From positions 1-32,000 of the forward strand of contig BPTK01000004.1 in the NCBI GenBank assembly GCA_023705905.1: a DNA stretch of 32,000 nucleotides. The letters are read 5' to 3'. This document shows, one piece after another, positions 1 to 20,758 of the stretch (position 1 is its first letter; the number at the start of each line of letters is the position of its first letter). Under the pieces are notes generated by a model. The model saw nothing but the letters and a program-made list of their open reading frames with translations, was not told the origin of the DNA and ran no database searches. This DNA is from Candidatus Heimdallarchaeota archaeon. Lineage in GTDB: Archaea > Asgardarchaeota > Heimdallarchaeia > Heimdallarchaeales > Heimdallarchaeaceae. The position numbers were made by a program, and so were the translations under genes.

Positions 1-5132
<5,132 letters not shown>

Positions 5133-5343
5133 TCAGATTTTGTTTCCAAAAATTGGAAATAGTTTTTTACCATTTAACGCTTTTAGTCGGATGTTTTCCC
5201 CTAAATATACGCTACTAAAATTGAGAGTTTATCATATAAAAAGAAATTGGTATACCATAGTGTTTTAAGGGCATAAGAGCGCGAAATAAAGCATTTTATC
5301 GTTTAAATTTATCATGGTCTAGTCAAAGGTGAAAAAAAAGGCT

Positions 5344-5469
5344 TCAGGGGACAATTTTTGTTCCTGATTTTCCTTGAATTGCAACAATTGCATTTTCAGA
5401 ATTAGTAATAATTGTAACCCCATGTGTTTTCTTGACAAAGCTGATTGCAGTTTCCATTTTAGGCCCCAT
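5344..5469 (-). CDS. Possible small protein (41 aa), hypothetical
   Basis: Manual translation: MGPKMETAISFVKKTHGVTIITNSENAIVAIQGKSGTKIVP, with a TGA stop. It is preceded by AAGGGGAG (SD-like) 2 nt upstream of the ATG and is below the ORF-track length cutoff. I recognise no homology. Confidence 0.25.
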   Translation of the reverse strand: MGPKMETAISFVKKTHGVTIITNSENAIVAIQGKSGTKIVP

Positions 5470-5501
5470 ACTCCCCTTAATGAAATGACATCAAAAGATA
5501 G

Positions 5502-6893
<1,392 letters not shown>

Positions 6894-6950
6894 TTAAAAT
6901 AACAAAAAAATGATTAAATTATCAATAATTGATAATAGAAAGATTTTTGG

Positions 6951-7643
6951 ATGGAACCAAGAAAAGTGAGAAATAGCAATTTTGTTGTGACAAAAATGAG
7001 CAAGTTTGAACAAAAGGCCCCAATACTGCTTTATGCAATCGACATAGTTGATGGACATCTGATTAAAGAGGAAGGAGAATTTGGTCGTTGGGTATTGATA
7101 ACCACTAATAACGAAAAAATCTACAAGATAAGAATCAATGGCACAATAGTAGATAAATATCATAGTGCAAGTGATGGAACCAAAAAAGCATTCACAACAC
7201 TAACTTTAGACGATGGAACAGCTACTGTTAGAATAAAAGCTTGGGAAGAAACTGCAGAGTTCTTGAATGGTTTTATTCCGGGTAATGATGTTGATGTAAC
7301 TGGAAAGCCTAGAACAAGTGAGGACGAAGTATACATTTTACCTGAATCAGTGGTTATAATTGAAGATCTAAATAAGGAGATTTACCTACGGGCTAAAAAA
7401 ATAAAACGTTATTCAAAGAATAATCTAATTATATCCAAGGAAGTACAAGCTATTCCTGAGCACAATCAAGAACAAAAAGAGAAAATATGGGTTCTAATTA
7501 CGGATTCTGAAGAGGGAATAGAGTTGGAAGAAATTATGGAAAAAACCAAGTTGGATAAAGCAACTGTTGAATCGATTATCCATGATTTGCTGAATGATGG
7601 AGATATATATGAACCAAGTGCTCTGAAATTTAAAAAAATCTGA
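6951..7643 (+). CDS. OB-fold nucleic-acid-binding protein with a C-terminal winged-helix-like domain (RPA32/Stn1-like architecture)
   Basis: The central segment YKIRINGTIVDK...FTTLTLDDGTATVRIKAWEE...GNDVDVTGKPR...VYILPESV looks like an OB barrel. The C-terminal IWVLITDSEEGIELEEIMEKTKLDKATVESIIHDLLNDGDIYEP resembles a winged-helix domain. An alternative ATG is at 6996. Confidence 0.5.
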   Translation: MEPRKVRNSNFVVTKMSKFEQKAPILLYAIDIVDGHLIKEEGEFGRWVLITTNNEKIYKIRINGTIVDKYHSASDGTKKAFTTLTLDDGTATVRIKAWEETAEFLNGFIPGNDVDVTGKPRTSEDEVYILPESVVIIEDLNKEIYLRAKKIKRYSKNNLIISKEVQAIPEHNQEQKEKIWVLITDSEEGIELEEIMEKTKLDKATVESIIHDLLNDGDIYEPSALKFKKI

Positions 7644-7654
7644 GTAAGTTTGTT

Positions 7655-8134
<480 letters not shown>

Positions 8135-8167
8135 TCATGAAGGAATTTGAAAGGTAAACGTAATAAA

Positions 8168-8348
<181 letters not shown>

Positions 8349-8370
8349 CAAAAGAAAAGAAAATAGATTG

Positions 8371-8378
8371 CTTTTTAA
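8371..8378 (-). promoter_or_regulatory. TATA-box-like element for the permuted 5S-like gene
   Basis: Minus-strand TTAAAAAG ends 22 nt upstream of the first nucleotide of the terminal helix (8348). That spacing fits an archaeal TATA box at about -26. Confidence 0.4.
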
Positions 8379-8431
8379 GTTTACTATTGGAGACAAATGA
8401 TTTGACAAATAAAGCAAATTTTGAAAGAAGT

Positions 8432-8457
8432 CGAAATGTTTATGCTGAGATACTCAA
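8432..8457 (+). repeat. Left copy of the bipartite direct repeat, a partial copy of the tRNA-Ser upstream region plus its first 14 nt
   Basis: The sequence is cgaaatgttta immediately followed by tgctgagatactcaa. The same two blocks occur at 10528-10538 and 10570-10584, separated there by 31 nt. Confidence 0.8.
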
Positions 8458-8534
8458 ACGCATGAAATGAAGCTAGTCTACATTAGACACTGCTTGAAGG
8501 GATTACTCCCAAACCCCTCACATGCGTTGAGGGG
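8438..8534 (-). ncRNA. Putative omega-RNA (reRNA)-like scaffold plus guide of the TnpB-like gene
   Basis: On the minus strand: a 7-bp hairpin CCCCUCA-ACGCAUG-UGAGGGG (8534-8514); GGGA-GUAA-UCCC (8510-8499), a GNRA loop; and the tnpB-like stop at 8485-8483. CAUGCGU (8464-8458) is complementary to the first hairpin's loop, making a pseudoknot candidate. It is directly followed by UUGAGUAUCUCAGCA. Confidence 0.4.
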
Positions 8535-10471
8535 GAATTATTATGAATAACTTTTGCTCCTTTCTGAGCTATGTTCTTGGCCGCATTAATATGAGTATTT
8601 ACCCTTTTATTGCATTTTTTACAAGGTGCATAATCATAACTTGTAAACCCTCTATCTAATGTACCACCACATTTATTGTGGAGTCTACTTGTGTTTTGGG
8701 GGTTAACTAATACGAGTCTTACTATCCTAGTGGATAGCATTGATGCTATTAGAACTGCTTTCTTAAAAATCTCCAAATCATCAGGCATATTATAAATCGC
8801 CTTAGCTAAGGCACCTTTTTTTCCTCGGGCACTAATCTGTAAATTTTCAATGCATAAGTATTGGCTTTTGTTCTGAATTATGACTGCCGCCAAGAAATGA
8901 GGTAATTTGTTCTTTATTTCTTTGAGTAATCGAGCTCTTCTTGCATAAACCCGTTTTAATTCTCCTCTAATCTTACAATAACCATATGTATCCTTTTGCT
9001 TTCCTTTTATTGCTAGACTTATGTGCAATGATCTAATTTGGTTTTTAGTTAAAGAATGATACTCCTTTGATAGTTTAATCAAATCACGAGGAATTTTTAC
9101 AGGATAATTGAAGGCAACCATATGCTCGCTGAGTCGATTAATGTCTACTCCCATAATAGTAGAGTTATTCAAAGGAATGTTTCGCATATATTGTACAGTT
9201 AATTTCGTACTAATGAAACATTCAGAGTTTCCTTCTAAAACCACTTTCACATTTGGTTTATTACTTGGAGGAATACCACTTTCAATTTGAAGAACCTTAA
9301 TCTGGGCACCATTTTTCAAGAAATTTCTCACTTTCTTTGGGAAGAGTAGAGATGCTGTAAGTTTTGAACGATTTTTTGAGGGAAAACCCAACTCAAATTC
9401 ACCGTTATTTATAGCTAGATTTGTCATAATCTCTGCATTTCCCGGTCGAGTAATCACATATTTTTTGTTCATCATAAGTTTGATAGGCAATTTACCTCTT
9501 TTTTTCTTAAAGGGCATTGAAATGAATTCTTCAGGATTTGAAGCCTTTAACATTTTAAGTACAGTCGTCCATAAGTGAGGGAAGAGTGCGAAAATAATTA
9601 TCAGTCTTAAAGTTGAAAATAATTTTCTGGATTTATTTCCTAAAACTATTGCTAGCTCAGAGGATAATAACTTGAGGCTTTTCCATCTTGATGTTTGTTG
9701 TGTGTTAATCCAAGAAGTAAGGTATGAAGCTACTAAGCTTTTATTGCTTAATATAAGATGTAATTTTCGTAGAAATGCGTTTTGTTTATCGGTTAGTTTA
9801 GATAGTTTGGTGAACTCATCTAATTTGTTTTCATAAGCGTCACTGATCGCTTGTTCAACTTCATAATGAGTTACTAGTGGAAGGAAACTGTTAAACTTCA
9901 ATTGGTGTTTTCTATAGATATTAGGAGATTTCTTTCTCCAATATGAATCAACTTGTCTACGAGTGCTCGTAAGAAGATTAAGAACCCAAATATACTTGCT
10001 TTTCCATTTGTCGCTAAATTTACTCTCAGTATAAGGAGAACGACCAAAAACAATCCATTCAATCGCTTGTTGAGGATTTTTCATCCAATAGATGAAGAGC
10101 TGATTTATTTTGCTCTCTTGATTTAACCTGTTTTTTAAACTTACAAAGAGCCAATGAAAGGCGCTTTCAGCTATATTTGGGCTCTTTCCTATTGTTTTGC
10201 TTAATTTGCTTCGAGGATATAAATCATGAGGGTTTTCACGACATATGTTTAGTGCAGTTTCAACAGTTCTCTTATCGAGCAATTGTAATTGATCTTCTTC
10301 TAACTCCCTTATTCTTTGATTTATTGCATCACGGTGTTCGGAATTCAAGAATTTCAAAGGCAAAGAATATGTTTTTGAAACTATTGTAGAACTAGATGCA
10401 ATTTGATACAACTTGAAAACCTTCTTCATACATATATCTGACAAATCATATATAAAGTAAGTAAAAATCAT
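8483..10471 (-). CDS. TnpB/Cas12-like RNA-guided nuclease homolog (662 aa) with an enlarged N-terminal/REC-like region and an atypical RuvC-III motif
   Basis: RuvC-I is MGVDINRL (D443, codon 9145-9143). RuvC-II is LCIENLQ (E542, codon 8848-8846). A zinc-ribbon-like HNKCGG...CKKC follows, then NTHINAAKNIA, where TnpB proteins have D-x-NAA-x-NI (H627, codon 8593-8591). The D-E and E-H spacings are about 99 and 85 aa. An alternative ATG is at 10429. Confidence 0.8.
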   Translation of the reverse strand: MIFTYFIYDLSDICMKKVFKLYQIASSSTIVSKTYSLPLKFLNSEHRDAINQRIRELEEDQLQLLDKRTVETALNICRENPHDLYPRSKLSKTIGKSPNIAESAFHWLFVSLKNRLNQESKINQLFIYWMKNPQQAIEWIVFGRSPYTESKFSDKWKSKYIWVLNLLTSTRRQVDSYWRKKSPNIYRKHQLKFNSFLPLVTHYEVEQAISDAYENKLDEFTKLSKLTDKQNAFLRKLHLILSNKSLVASYLTSWINTQQTSRWKSLKLLSSELAIVLGNKSRKLFSTLRLIIIFALFPHLWTTVLKMLKASNPEEFISMPFKKKRGKLPIKLMMNKKYVITRPGNAEIMTNLAINNGEFELGFPSKNRSKLTASLLFPKKVRNFLKNGAQIKVLQIESGIPPSNKPNVKVVLEGNSECFISTKLTVQYMRNIPLNNSTIMGVDINRLSEHMVAFNYPVKIPRDLIKLSKEYHSLTKNQIRSLHISLAIKGKQKDTYGYCKIRGELKRVYARRARLLKEIKNKLPHFLAAVIIQNKSQYLCIENLQISARGKKGALAKAIYNMPDDLEIFKKAVLIASMLSTRIVRLVLVNPQNTSRLHNKCGGTLDRGFTSYDYAPCKKCNKRVNTHINAAKNIAQKGAKVIHNNSPSTHVRGLGVIPSSSV

Positions 10472-10527
10472 GTTCAGGTTAAATATATGTAAGAAATGAT
10501 TGAGAGAAATTAGTTATATTACAAGGA

Positions 10528-10584
10528 CGAAATGTTTAAATTTTTACTGTAATCATTGAACAAAGAACGTGCTGAGATACTCAA
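10528..10584 (+). repeat. Right copy of the bipartite direct repeat, overlapping the promoter region and 5' end of tRNA-Ser
   Basis: Block cgaaatgttta is at 10528-10538 and block tgctgagatactcaa is at 10570-10584. The second block comprises the base before the tRNA plus tRNA nucleotides 1-14. Confidence 0.8.
10535..10542 (+). promoter_or_regulatory. TATA-box-like element upstream of tRNA-Ser
   Basis: TTTAAATT lies about 30 nt upstream of the mature tRNA 5' end. Confidence 0.35.
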
Positions 10585-10653
10585 GTGGTATGAGGGTGGA
10601 TTGCTAATCCATTGTCACTAGACTCCCGGGTTCAAATCCCGGTCTCAGCTCCA
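10571..10653 (+). tRNA. tRNA-Ser (anticodon GCU), class II with a long variable arm and genomically encoded CCA
   Basis: Manual fold: acceptor GCTGAGA/TCTCAGC; D-arm CTCA-AGTGGTA-TGAG; anticodon arm GTGGA-TTGCTAA-TCCAT (anticodon GCT); variable arm TGTCACTAGACTC; T-arm CCGGG-TTCAAAT-CCCGG; then T-CCA. Confidence 0.92.
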
Positions 10654-10680
10654 TTCTTTTCTTCACATATTTTATCCAAC

Positions 10681-11481
10681 TTAACCAATTAGAGCTCTTA
10701 ATCCAAAACCTATTCCATAAGCTGCCGCTGCTGCAAGTCCGCCTAATGCTAACATCTCCAATCCAGATCGGATGAAGTTCTTTCCTGTTACTTTTACCTT
10801 CAAAGATCCCAGAACAAAGAGAGTTAGTCCTGTTATAATACAAGCTATTAGAAACGATACATTTTGATTCTCTACGAGATAAGGCCATAATTGAGCTATT
10901 ACATAGGTGATTAAAGGAACAAAACCAAACAGAGCAAATGATAGAAAAGTTGCAATGCCGTTTTTTGCTGGAGACTCATCTGTTTCAATTATACCTAACT
11001 CCTCAGCCATCATCACATCCACCCAGGCCTTTGGATATTTCGATAATATTTCAACTATAGCTTGAGCTTCTTCTGAGCTTATTCCTTTATCTTCATATAT
11101 TTCTATCATCTCTTTCTTTTCACCTTCTGGATAATGTTCCACTTCCCATTCTTCCCTTTCTCTTTCTCCTTGTTCATATTCTCTTTCGGATTTTGAACTT
11201 AGATAATCTCCTATACCCATTGAGAGTCCATCTGCTAATAGATTAGCAAAACCCAAAATTATTATTGCACTAAAATCAAGTTGAGCTCCTACCACTCCTG
11301 CAACAATTGCAAATGTTGTAATTATTCCATCAACGCCACCATAAATTAGGCTTTTCACATATTTTCCCGCTTCTATCTTATGACGTTCTGGGGCTCTTAC
11401 AGAATGAGCTTGTTTCATTTTTTCTACATCTTTTTCTTTGTAAGCTTCCTTCGCTTTTTCTAGATCTCTACTTGCTGCCAT
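10681..11481 (-). CDS. VIT1/CCC1-family iron/manganese transporter
   Basis: N-terminal YGGVDGIITTFAIVAGV, then LSMGIGDYLSSKSEREYE, and a Glu-rich cytoplasmic metal-binding segment (EREREEWEVEHYPEGEKKE). Hydrophobic helices at the C-terminal end fit the VIT family. Confidence 0.85.
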   Translation of the reverse strand: MAASRDLEKAKEAYKEKDVEKMKQAHSVRAPERHKIEAGKYVKSLIYGGVDGIITTFAIVAGVVGAQLDFSAIIILGFANLLADGLSMGIGDYLSSKSEREYEQGEREREEWEVEHYPEGEKKEMIEIYEDKGISSEEAQAIVEILSKYPKAWVDVMMAEELGIIETDESPAKNGIATFLSFALFGFVPLITYVIAQLWPYLVENQNVSFLIACIITGLTLFVLGSLKVKVTGKNFIRSGLEMLALGGLAAAAAYGIGFGLRALIG

Positions 11482-11527
11482 AATTCGACAATCTCCTTAG
11501 GGATTATTTTTACTGAAAACTACATAA

Positions 11528-14998
<3,471 letters not shown>

Positions 14999-15180
14999 AT
15001 TTGAAAAATACATTTTTACGAAGATTTACTAAAACTGCCCTAACTTAAATGAGATTGAAGAAATCACCTATTTTATTAGCCAACTACTGACGATAAACCT
15101 TAATAATTAGCTGTTATTCACTATCAATGTCGCATTTGTGACCCCTATTAGAGGTTACGTGGTGAACTAATAAAATATAA

Positions 15181-17136
<1,956 letters not shown>

Positions 17137-17140
<4 letters not shown>

Positions 17141-17451
17141 TTGAACAACTTCACTTACTAATTTTAGCGGTCATCCTATTTGGTGTAGGCTTATACGCTA
17201 TATTAGGAAAGAGAAATGTGATTAAGATCCTAATGGGTATCGAAATCATGACAATAGCTATCAATGTAGCTTTTATCGCACTCGGAACAGATATAGCAAA
17301 TGAAACATTCAAGGAATTTACACAAATATTCCCCCTGATTTCACTTGCTGTTGGAGCAGCTGTCATTGCGCTTGGACTCGCAATCGTCATCAACAACTAT
17401 AGACACACAAACAGTGTTGATAGTGATGAAATGTCCACATTGAAAAGGTGA
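17137..17451 (+). CDS. nuoK: Complex I-like subunit K (NuoK family)
   Basis: 104 aa, three TM segments, with conserved-looking membrane Glu residues (MGIEIM, NETFKEF). An AGGAGG SD precedes it, and it overlaps nuoJ with ATGA. Confidence 0.65.
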
Positions 17452-17456
17452 TATAA

Positions 17457-19250
17457 ATGGAATTGGAAATAATATTTACAATAATCGCAATTGTGGTTCC
17501 CATAATTGGTGCATTTCTATCACTACTTCTGAAGAAATGGACAGCTGTGCGTGACATCTTTGGTGTTAGTACAATTGGAATCTCTGCTATATCAGCAGTT
17601 ATAGTATTTGGGCTATTTGATGGAACTCCAATAGCAGCAACATTCAATTGGTTGAAGCTATCAACTACTATACAAACTGGGTTCTACTTAGATTCTCTCT
17701 CAGTCCTAATGGGCATCATTGTTTCAATTTTGAGTATGCTTATCGCATTCTTCTCATTGGAATATATGAGTGAAGAGAAACACAAACCAAGATACTGGTT
17801 CTTCATTCAACTATTCGTTGGTGGTATGTTACTACTAGTTTTCGCCTATGATATGATCTTCTTGTTCTTAGGCTGGGAATTAGTTGGTTTATGCTCCTGT
17901 TTCCTAATAGGACACCACTATATGAAGAAAGGTGAAGAAGGAGAAAAAGCAGCAAAAAGCGGAATTAAAGCTTTGATCATGACTGGTATAGGTGATGTTG
18001 GTTTACTTGCATTTTTAGCATGGGTTTATGCAACAACTGGTGACATACTAATTGGCTCAACTATTTTCAGCGATCCAGCTGGAGGTGTATTTATGAGCTT
18101 ACTACTAGTACTTGCTCCCATAACCAAATCTGCACAATTCCCATTACAATCTTGGTTAAGCTCAGGTGACACAGTAGACGTCGATGCTATGCAAGGCCCT
18201 ACCACCGTTTCAGCTCTAATACATGCTGCAACAATGGTGAAAGCAGGTATATATCTTGTTGCTCGTTTCAGTCCAATATGGGATGTACAAATATTCTATA
18301 CTATACTCATGGTGGTAGCTGGAATATCAACCGTATTAGCTGCAATTGGTGCGCTGGTATCAACTGATCTCAAAAGAGTGCTTGCTTACAGTACAATCTC
18401 ACAACTTAGTTACATGTTCTTAGCATTTACACTACGAACTGATGAAGGATTGTTTGCAGGTCAGATGCATTTGTTATCACACTCAATATTCAAAGCTCTA
18501 CTCTTTTTATCAGCAGGTGCTATAATTCATTCTGTTGCTGAAGAGAGAGATATGAAGAAAATGGGTGGCATGCGCAAAAATCTACCATGGATTTATGGTT
18601 TCATGATGGCGGGTACCCTTGGTTTAATTGGCTTGCCAATTTTAACTAATGGAGGATTTTCAAAAGAATTGATAATCACAGCAGCCTATGGTAATAACTG
18701 GTTCATCTTTGTCATAACAGTACTAACTGCATTCATTACTGCATTATATGCAGCAAGAATGTTCTTGATGATCTTCCATGGCAAAAACAGAGGAGCTAAG
18801 GTTCACAAACCTAAATACATAATGAGAATCACTTTAGGAATTCTAGCAGTACTAGTTGTTGCAACAGGATTTCTTATTGAAGGTCCATTACACAATCTCT
18901 TCAGCGGACATGCTGATCCTTATGCATTAATCAGAGATTTTGAAGTGGTGCCTTTCATATGCGCTCTTAGTGCAATTATCTTAGGTGTTGGATTAGCATA
19001 CTTACTCTATGGTAAGGGACAAACTGAAGTTGCTCATATTGAGAATAACAAAGTGTTGAAAGCTTGCAGAACAGTTGTAGCCAATGGTTACTACATTGAT
19101 CATTTGTACAATCTAATTATCATCAAACCTGTTTTCTGGATAGGAAAGCAACTTTCCTTCTTGAAGACTGGTAAGATTAATTGGAATATGCTACTTGGAT
19201 CCGCAGTGGCGATAACTGCCATTGTTGTTTTAGTGATGGTGATGGTCTAA
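17457..19250 (+). CDS. nuoL: Complex I-like antiporter-type subunit L (NuoL/MrpA family)
   Basis: 597 aa, with WELVGLCS, HAATMVKAGIYLVAR, RVLAYSTISQLSYM and HSIFKALLFLSAG motifs, plus a C-terminal extension typical of NuoL. Confidence 0.8.
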   Translation: MELEIIFTIIAIVVPIIGAFLSLLLKKWTAVRDIFGVSTIGISAISAVIVFGLFDGTPIAATFNWLKLSTTIQTGFYLDSLSVLMGIIVSILSMLIAFFSLEYMSEEKHKPRYWFFIQLFVGGMLLLVFAYDMIFLFLGWELVGLCSCFLIGHHYMKKGEEGEKAAKSGIKALIMTGIGDVGLLAFLAWVYATTGDILIGSTIFSDPAGGVFMSLLLVLAPITKSAQFPLQSWLSSGDTVDVDAMQGPTTVSALIHAATMVKAGIYLVARFSPIWDVQIFYTILMVVAGISTVLAAIGALVSTDLKRVLAYSTISQLSYMFLAFTLRTDEGLFAGQMHLLSHSIFKALLFLSAGAIIHSVAEERDMKKMGGMRKNLPWIYGFMMAGTLGLIGLPILTNGGFSKELIITAAYGNNWFIFVITVLTAFITALYAARMFLMIFHGKNRGAKVHKPKYIMRITLGILAVLVVATGFLIEGPLHNLFSGHADPYALIRDFEVVPFICALSAIILGVGLAYLLYGKGQTEVAHIENNKVLKACRTVVANGYYIDHLYNLIIIKPVFWIGKQLSFLKTGKINWNMLLGSAVAITAIVVLVMVMV

Positions 19251-20740
19251 TGAATTATCTATCGTTAATACTAATTATCCCTCTTGCAGGTGCTGGTTTC
19301 CTTGCTCTTTTCGAGCAAATAAAGAAGTATCTTACCAAGATAGGGATATGTGCTGACTGCTTAAACCATATATTTGCTAATGTCATAGCTTTTGGAGTAT
19401 TCGTTGTCAGTTTCGTCTCATTATTTGCCAATGGCACATTATGGGATTTGAACACTACTTCAGATGGTTTACTCGAATATGGAATGTTACAAGCTGTGCT
19501 AATAACAATATTCAGTTTCTTAGTATGGATGGCTGTTCTCTTCAGTGTAAACTACATGAAGGGCAAAAATGGTTTGGGATTCTACTACGCTTTAATCTTG
19601 ACATTACTCACAGGCTTAAGTGCCGTAACTATGGCAAATAATTTCTTTACCCTATTCATTGGATGGGAAATGTTTGCATTAAGTGGTTACACACTTGTCG
19701 CTTTTGATCGTATGAAAAGAGGAGCAGTGGAAGCTTCATTGAAATACTTCATAATGTCAACTGTTGGAAGCATGTTCGTACTTCTTGGAACAGCTTTAAC
19801 ATACGGAAAGTTTGGATCAGTGGAGTTCTCAGTAGTAAGAGCTGCAGTCGCTAGTGGTGGAAATCCAGCCAATGCTTTAACTGGTGCAATCATCGCTCTC
19901 TTTGTGATTGGTTTCGGAGTTACAGCTGCAGTGCTATTCCTAAATGCTTGGTTACCTGATGCACACTCTTCAGCACCCTCAACAATCTCTGCTTTGCTTT
20001 CAGGCATTGTAGTTAAAGCTGGTGCTTTTGGTATCTACAGAACTGTAATCAGTGCATTTGGAAATGTGAATCTACTTCCTAGTACATCGGTATTCATCTC
20101 TTGGATAGCTATCTTCACGATGATTGAAGGAAACTTCCTAGTTTTCTATCAATTCAAAAGAAAGGATATAGTGGATTTCAAGAGAATACTTGCATACTCA
20201 ACTACTGTCCATTTAGGATACATCCTACTTGGTATAGGAGCTGGTACTACAGTTGGTGTTGAAGCATCTCTATTCCATATACTAACTCACTCTTTAGGCA
20301 AAGGATCCCTCTTTTTGCTCAGTGGTATAATTATTGCAGCCATAGGCTCACGTGATGTTCGTGAAATGAAAGGCATCGGAAGAAGATCTCCTCTTATAGG
20401 AATTTTTCTAACTATTGCCCTTCTATCACTTGGTGGTATACCAATTACAGCTGGTTTTTACTCAAAACTACTTGTAATTGTAGCCGCAGCTGGCGGACTC
20501 TATGGTCCAACCATGAACATAGTCATCGTGGTAATGGCAATCATTAATTCTATGCTAGCTCTTGGTGGATATCTATACATCCTAAAGATAATGCTGTTCG
20601 ATGAATCAGATGCTAAAGCAACTGACAAGATTAAAATCCCAATAATACAAATAGTCGTTATGTCAATAATGGCAGTGCTAATTATCTTCTTCGGCATTTG
20701 GCCAGACAGTATACTGCAATTTATTGGCTTAGCAGTTTAG
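19250..20740 (+). CDS. Complex I-like antiporter-type subunit (NuoN/NuoM family)
   Basis: About 496 aa from ATG 19250 (MNYLSLILIIPLAG), overlapping the nuoL stop as TAATG. Motifs include GWEMFALSGY, WLPDAHSSAPSTISALLSGIVVKAG, RILAYSTTVHLGY and HSLGKGSLFLLSG. Confidence 0.75.
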   Translation: MNYLSLILIIPLAGAGFLALFEQIKKYLTKIGICADCLNHIFANVIAFGVFVVSFVSLFANGTLWDLNTTSDGLLEYGMLQAVLITIFSFLVWMAVLFSVNYMKGKNGLGFYYALILTLLTGLSAVTMANNFFTLFIGWEMFALSGYTLVAFDRMKRGAVEASLKYFIMSTVGSMFVLLGTALTYGKFGSVEFSVVRAAVASGGNPANALTGAIIALFVIGFGVTAAVLFLNAWLPDAHSSAPSTISALLSGIVVKAGAFGIYRTVISAFGNVNLLPSTSVFISWIAIFTMIEGNFLVFYQFKRKDIVDFKRILAYSTTVHLGYILLGIGAGTTVGVEASLFHILTHSLGKGSLFLLSGIIIAAIGSRDVREMKGIGRRSPLIGIFLTIALLSLGGIPITAGFYSKLLVIVAAAGGLYGPTMNIVIVVMAIINSMLALGGYLYILKIMLFDESDAKATDKIKIPIIQIVVMSIMAVLIIFFGIWPDSILQFIGLAV

Positions 20741-20758
20741 AATTGGGACAATAATCCC

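Larger units (their letters stand above)
8458..10569 (-). mobile_element. Putative TnpB-only IS200/IS605-like element or its remnant, with no TnpA
   Basis: The single TnpB-like ORF is bounded by a bipartite direct repeat (8432-8457 and 10528-10584), with the omega-RNA-like structure at the 3' end. No TnpA or serine recombinase ORF was seen. The boundaries are inferred, not demonstrated. Confidence 0.4.

Noticed and set aside
10495-10557. Inverted repeat aatgatt / aatcatt near the putative left end of the TnpB-like element, as an IS605-style subterminal hairpin
   Set aside because: It has only 7 bp with a loop of about 50 nt in AT-rich sequence, which is expected by chance and is not comparable to the imperfect palindromes of IS200/IS605 ends.
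8349-10570. CRISPR array or cas1/cas2/cas4 genes that would make the 662-aa protein a Cas12/Cas14-type effector
   Set aside because: No direct-repeat/spacer periodicity is seen in 8349-8482, 10472-10570 or elsewhere in the window. No adaptation genes are among the ORFs.
10604-10888. Track ORF 10604-10888 (-)
   Set aside because: It overlaps the tRNA-Ser gene and the 3' end of the VIT1-family gene in another frame. It is a spurious antisense or alternative-frame ORF.
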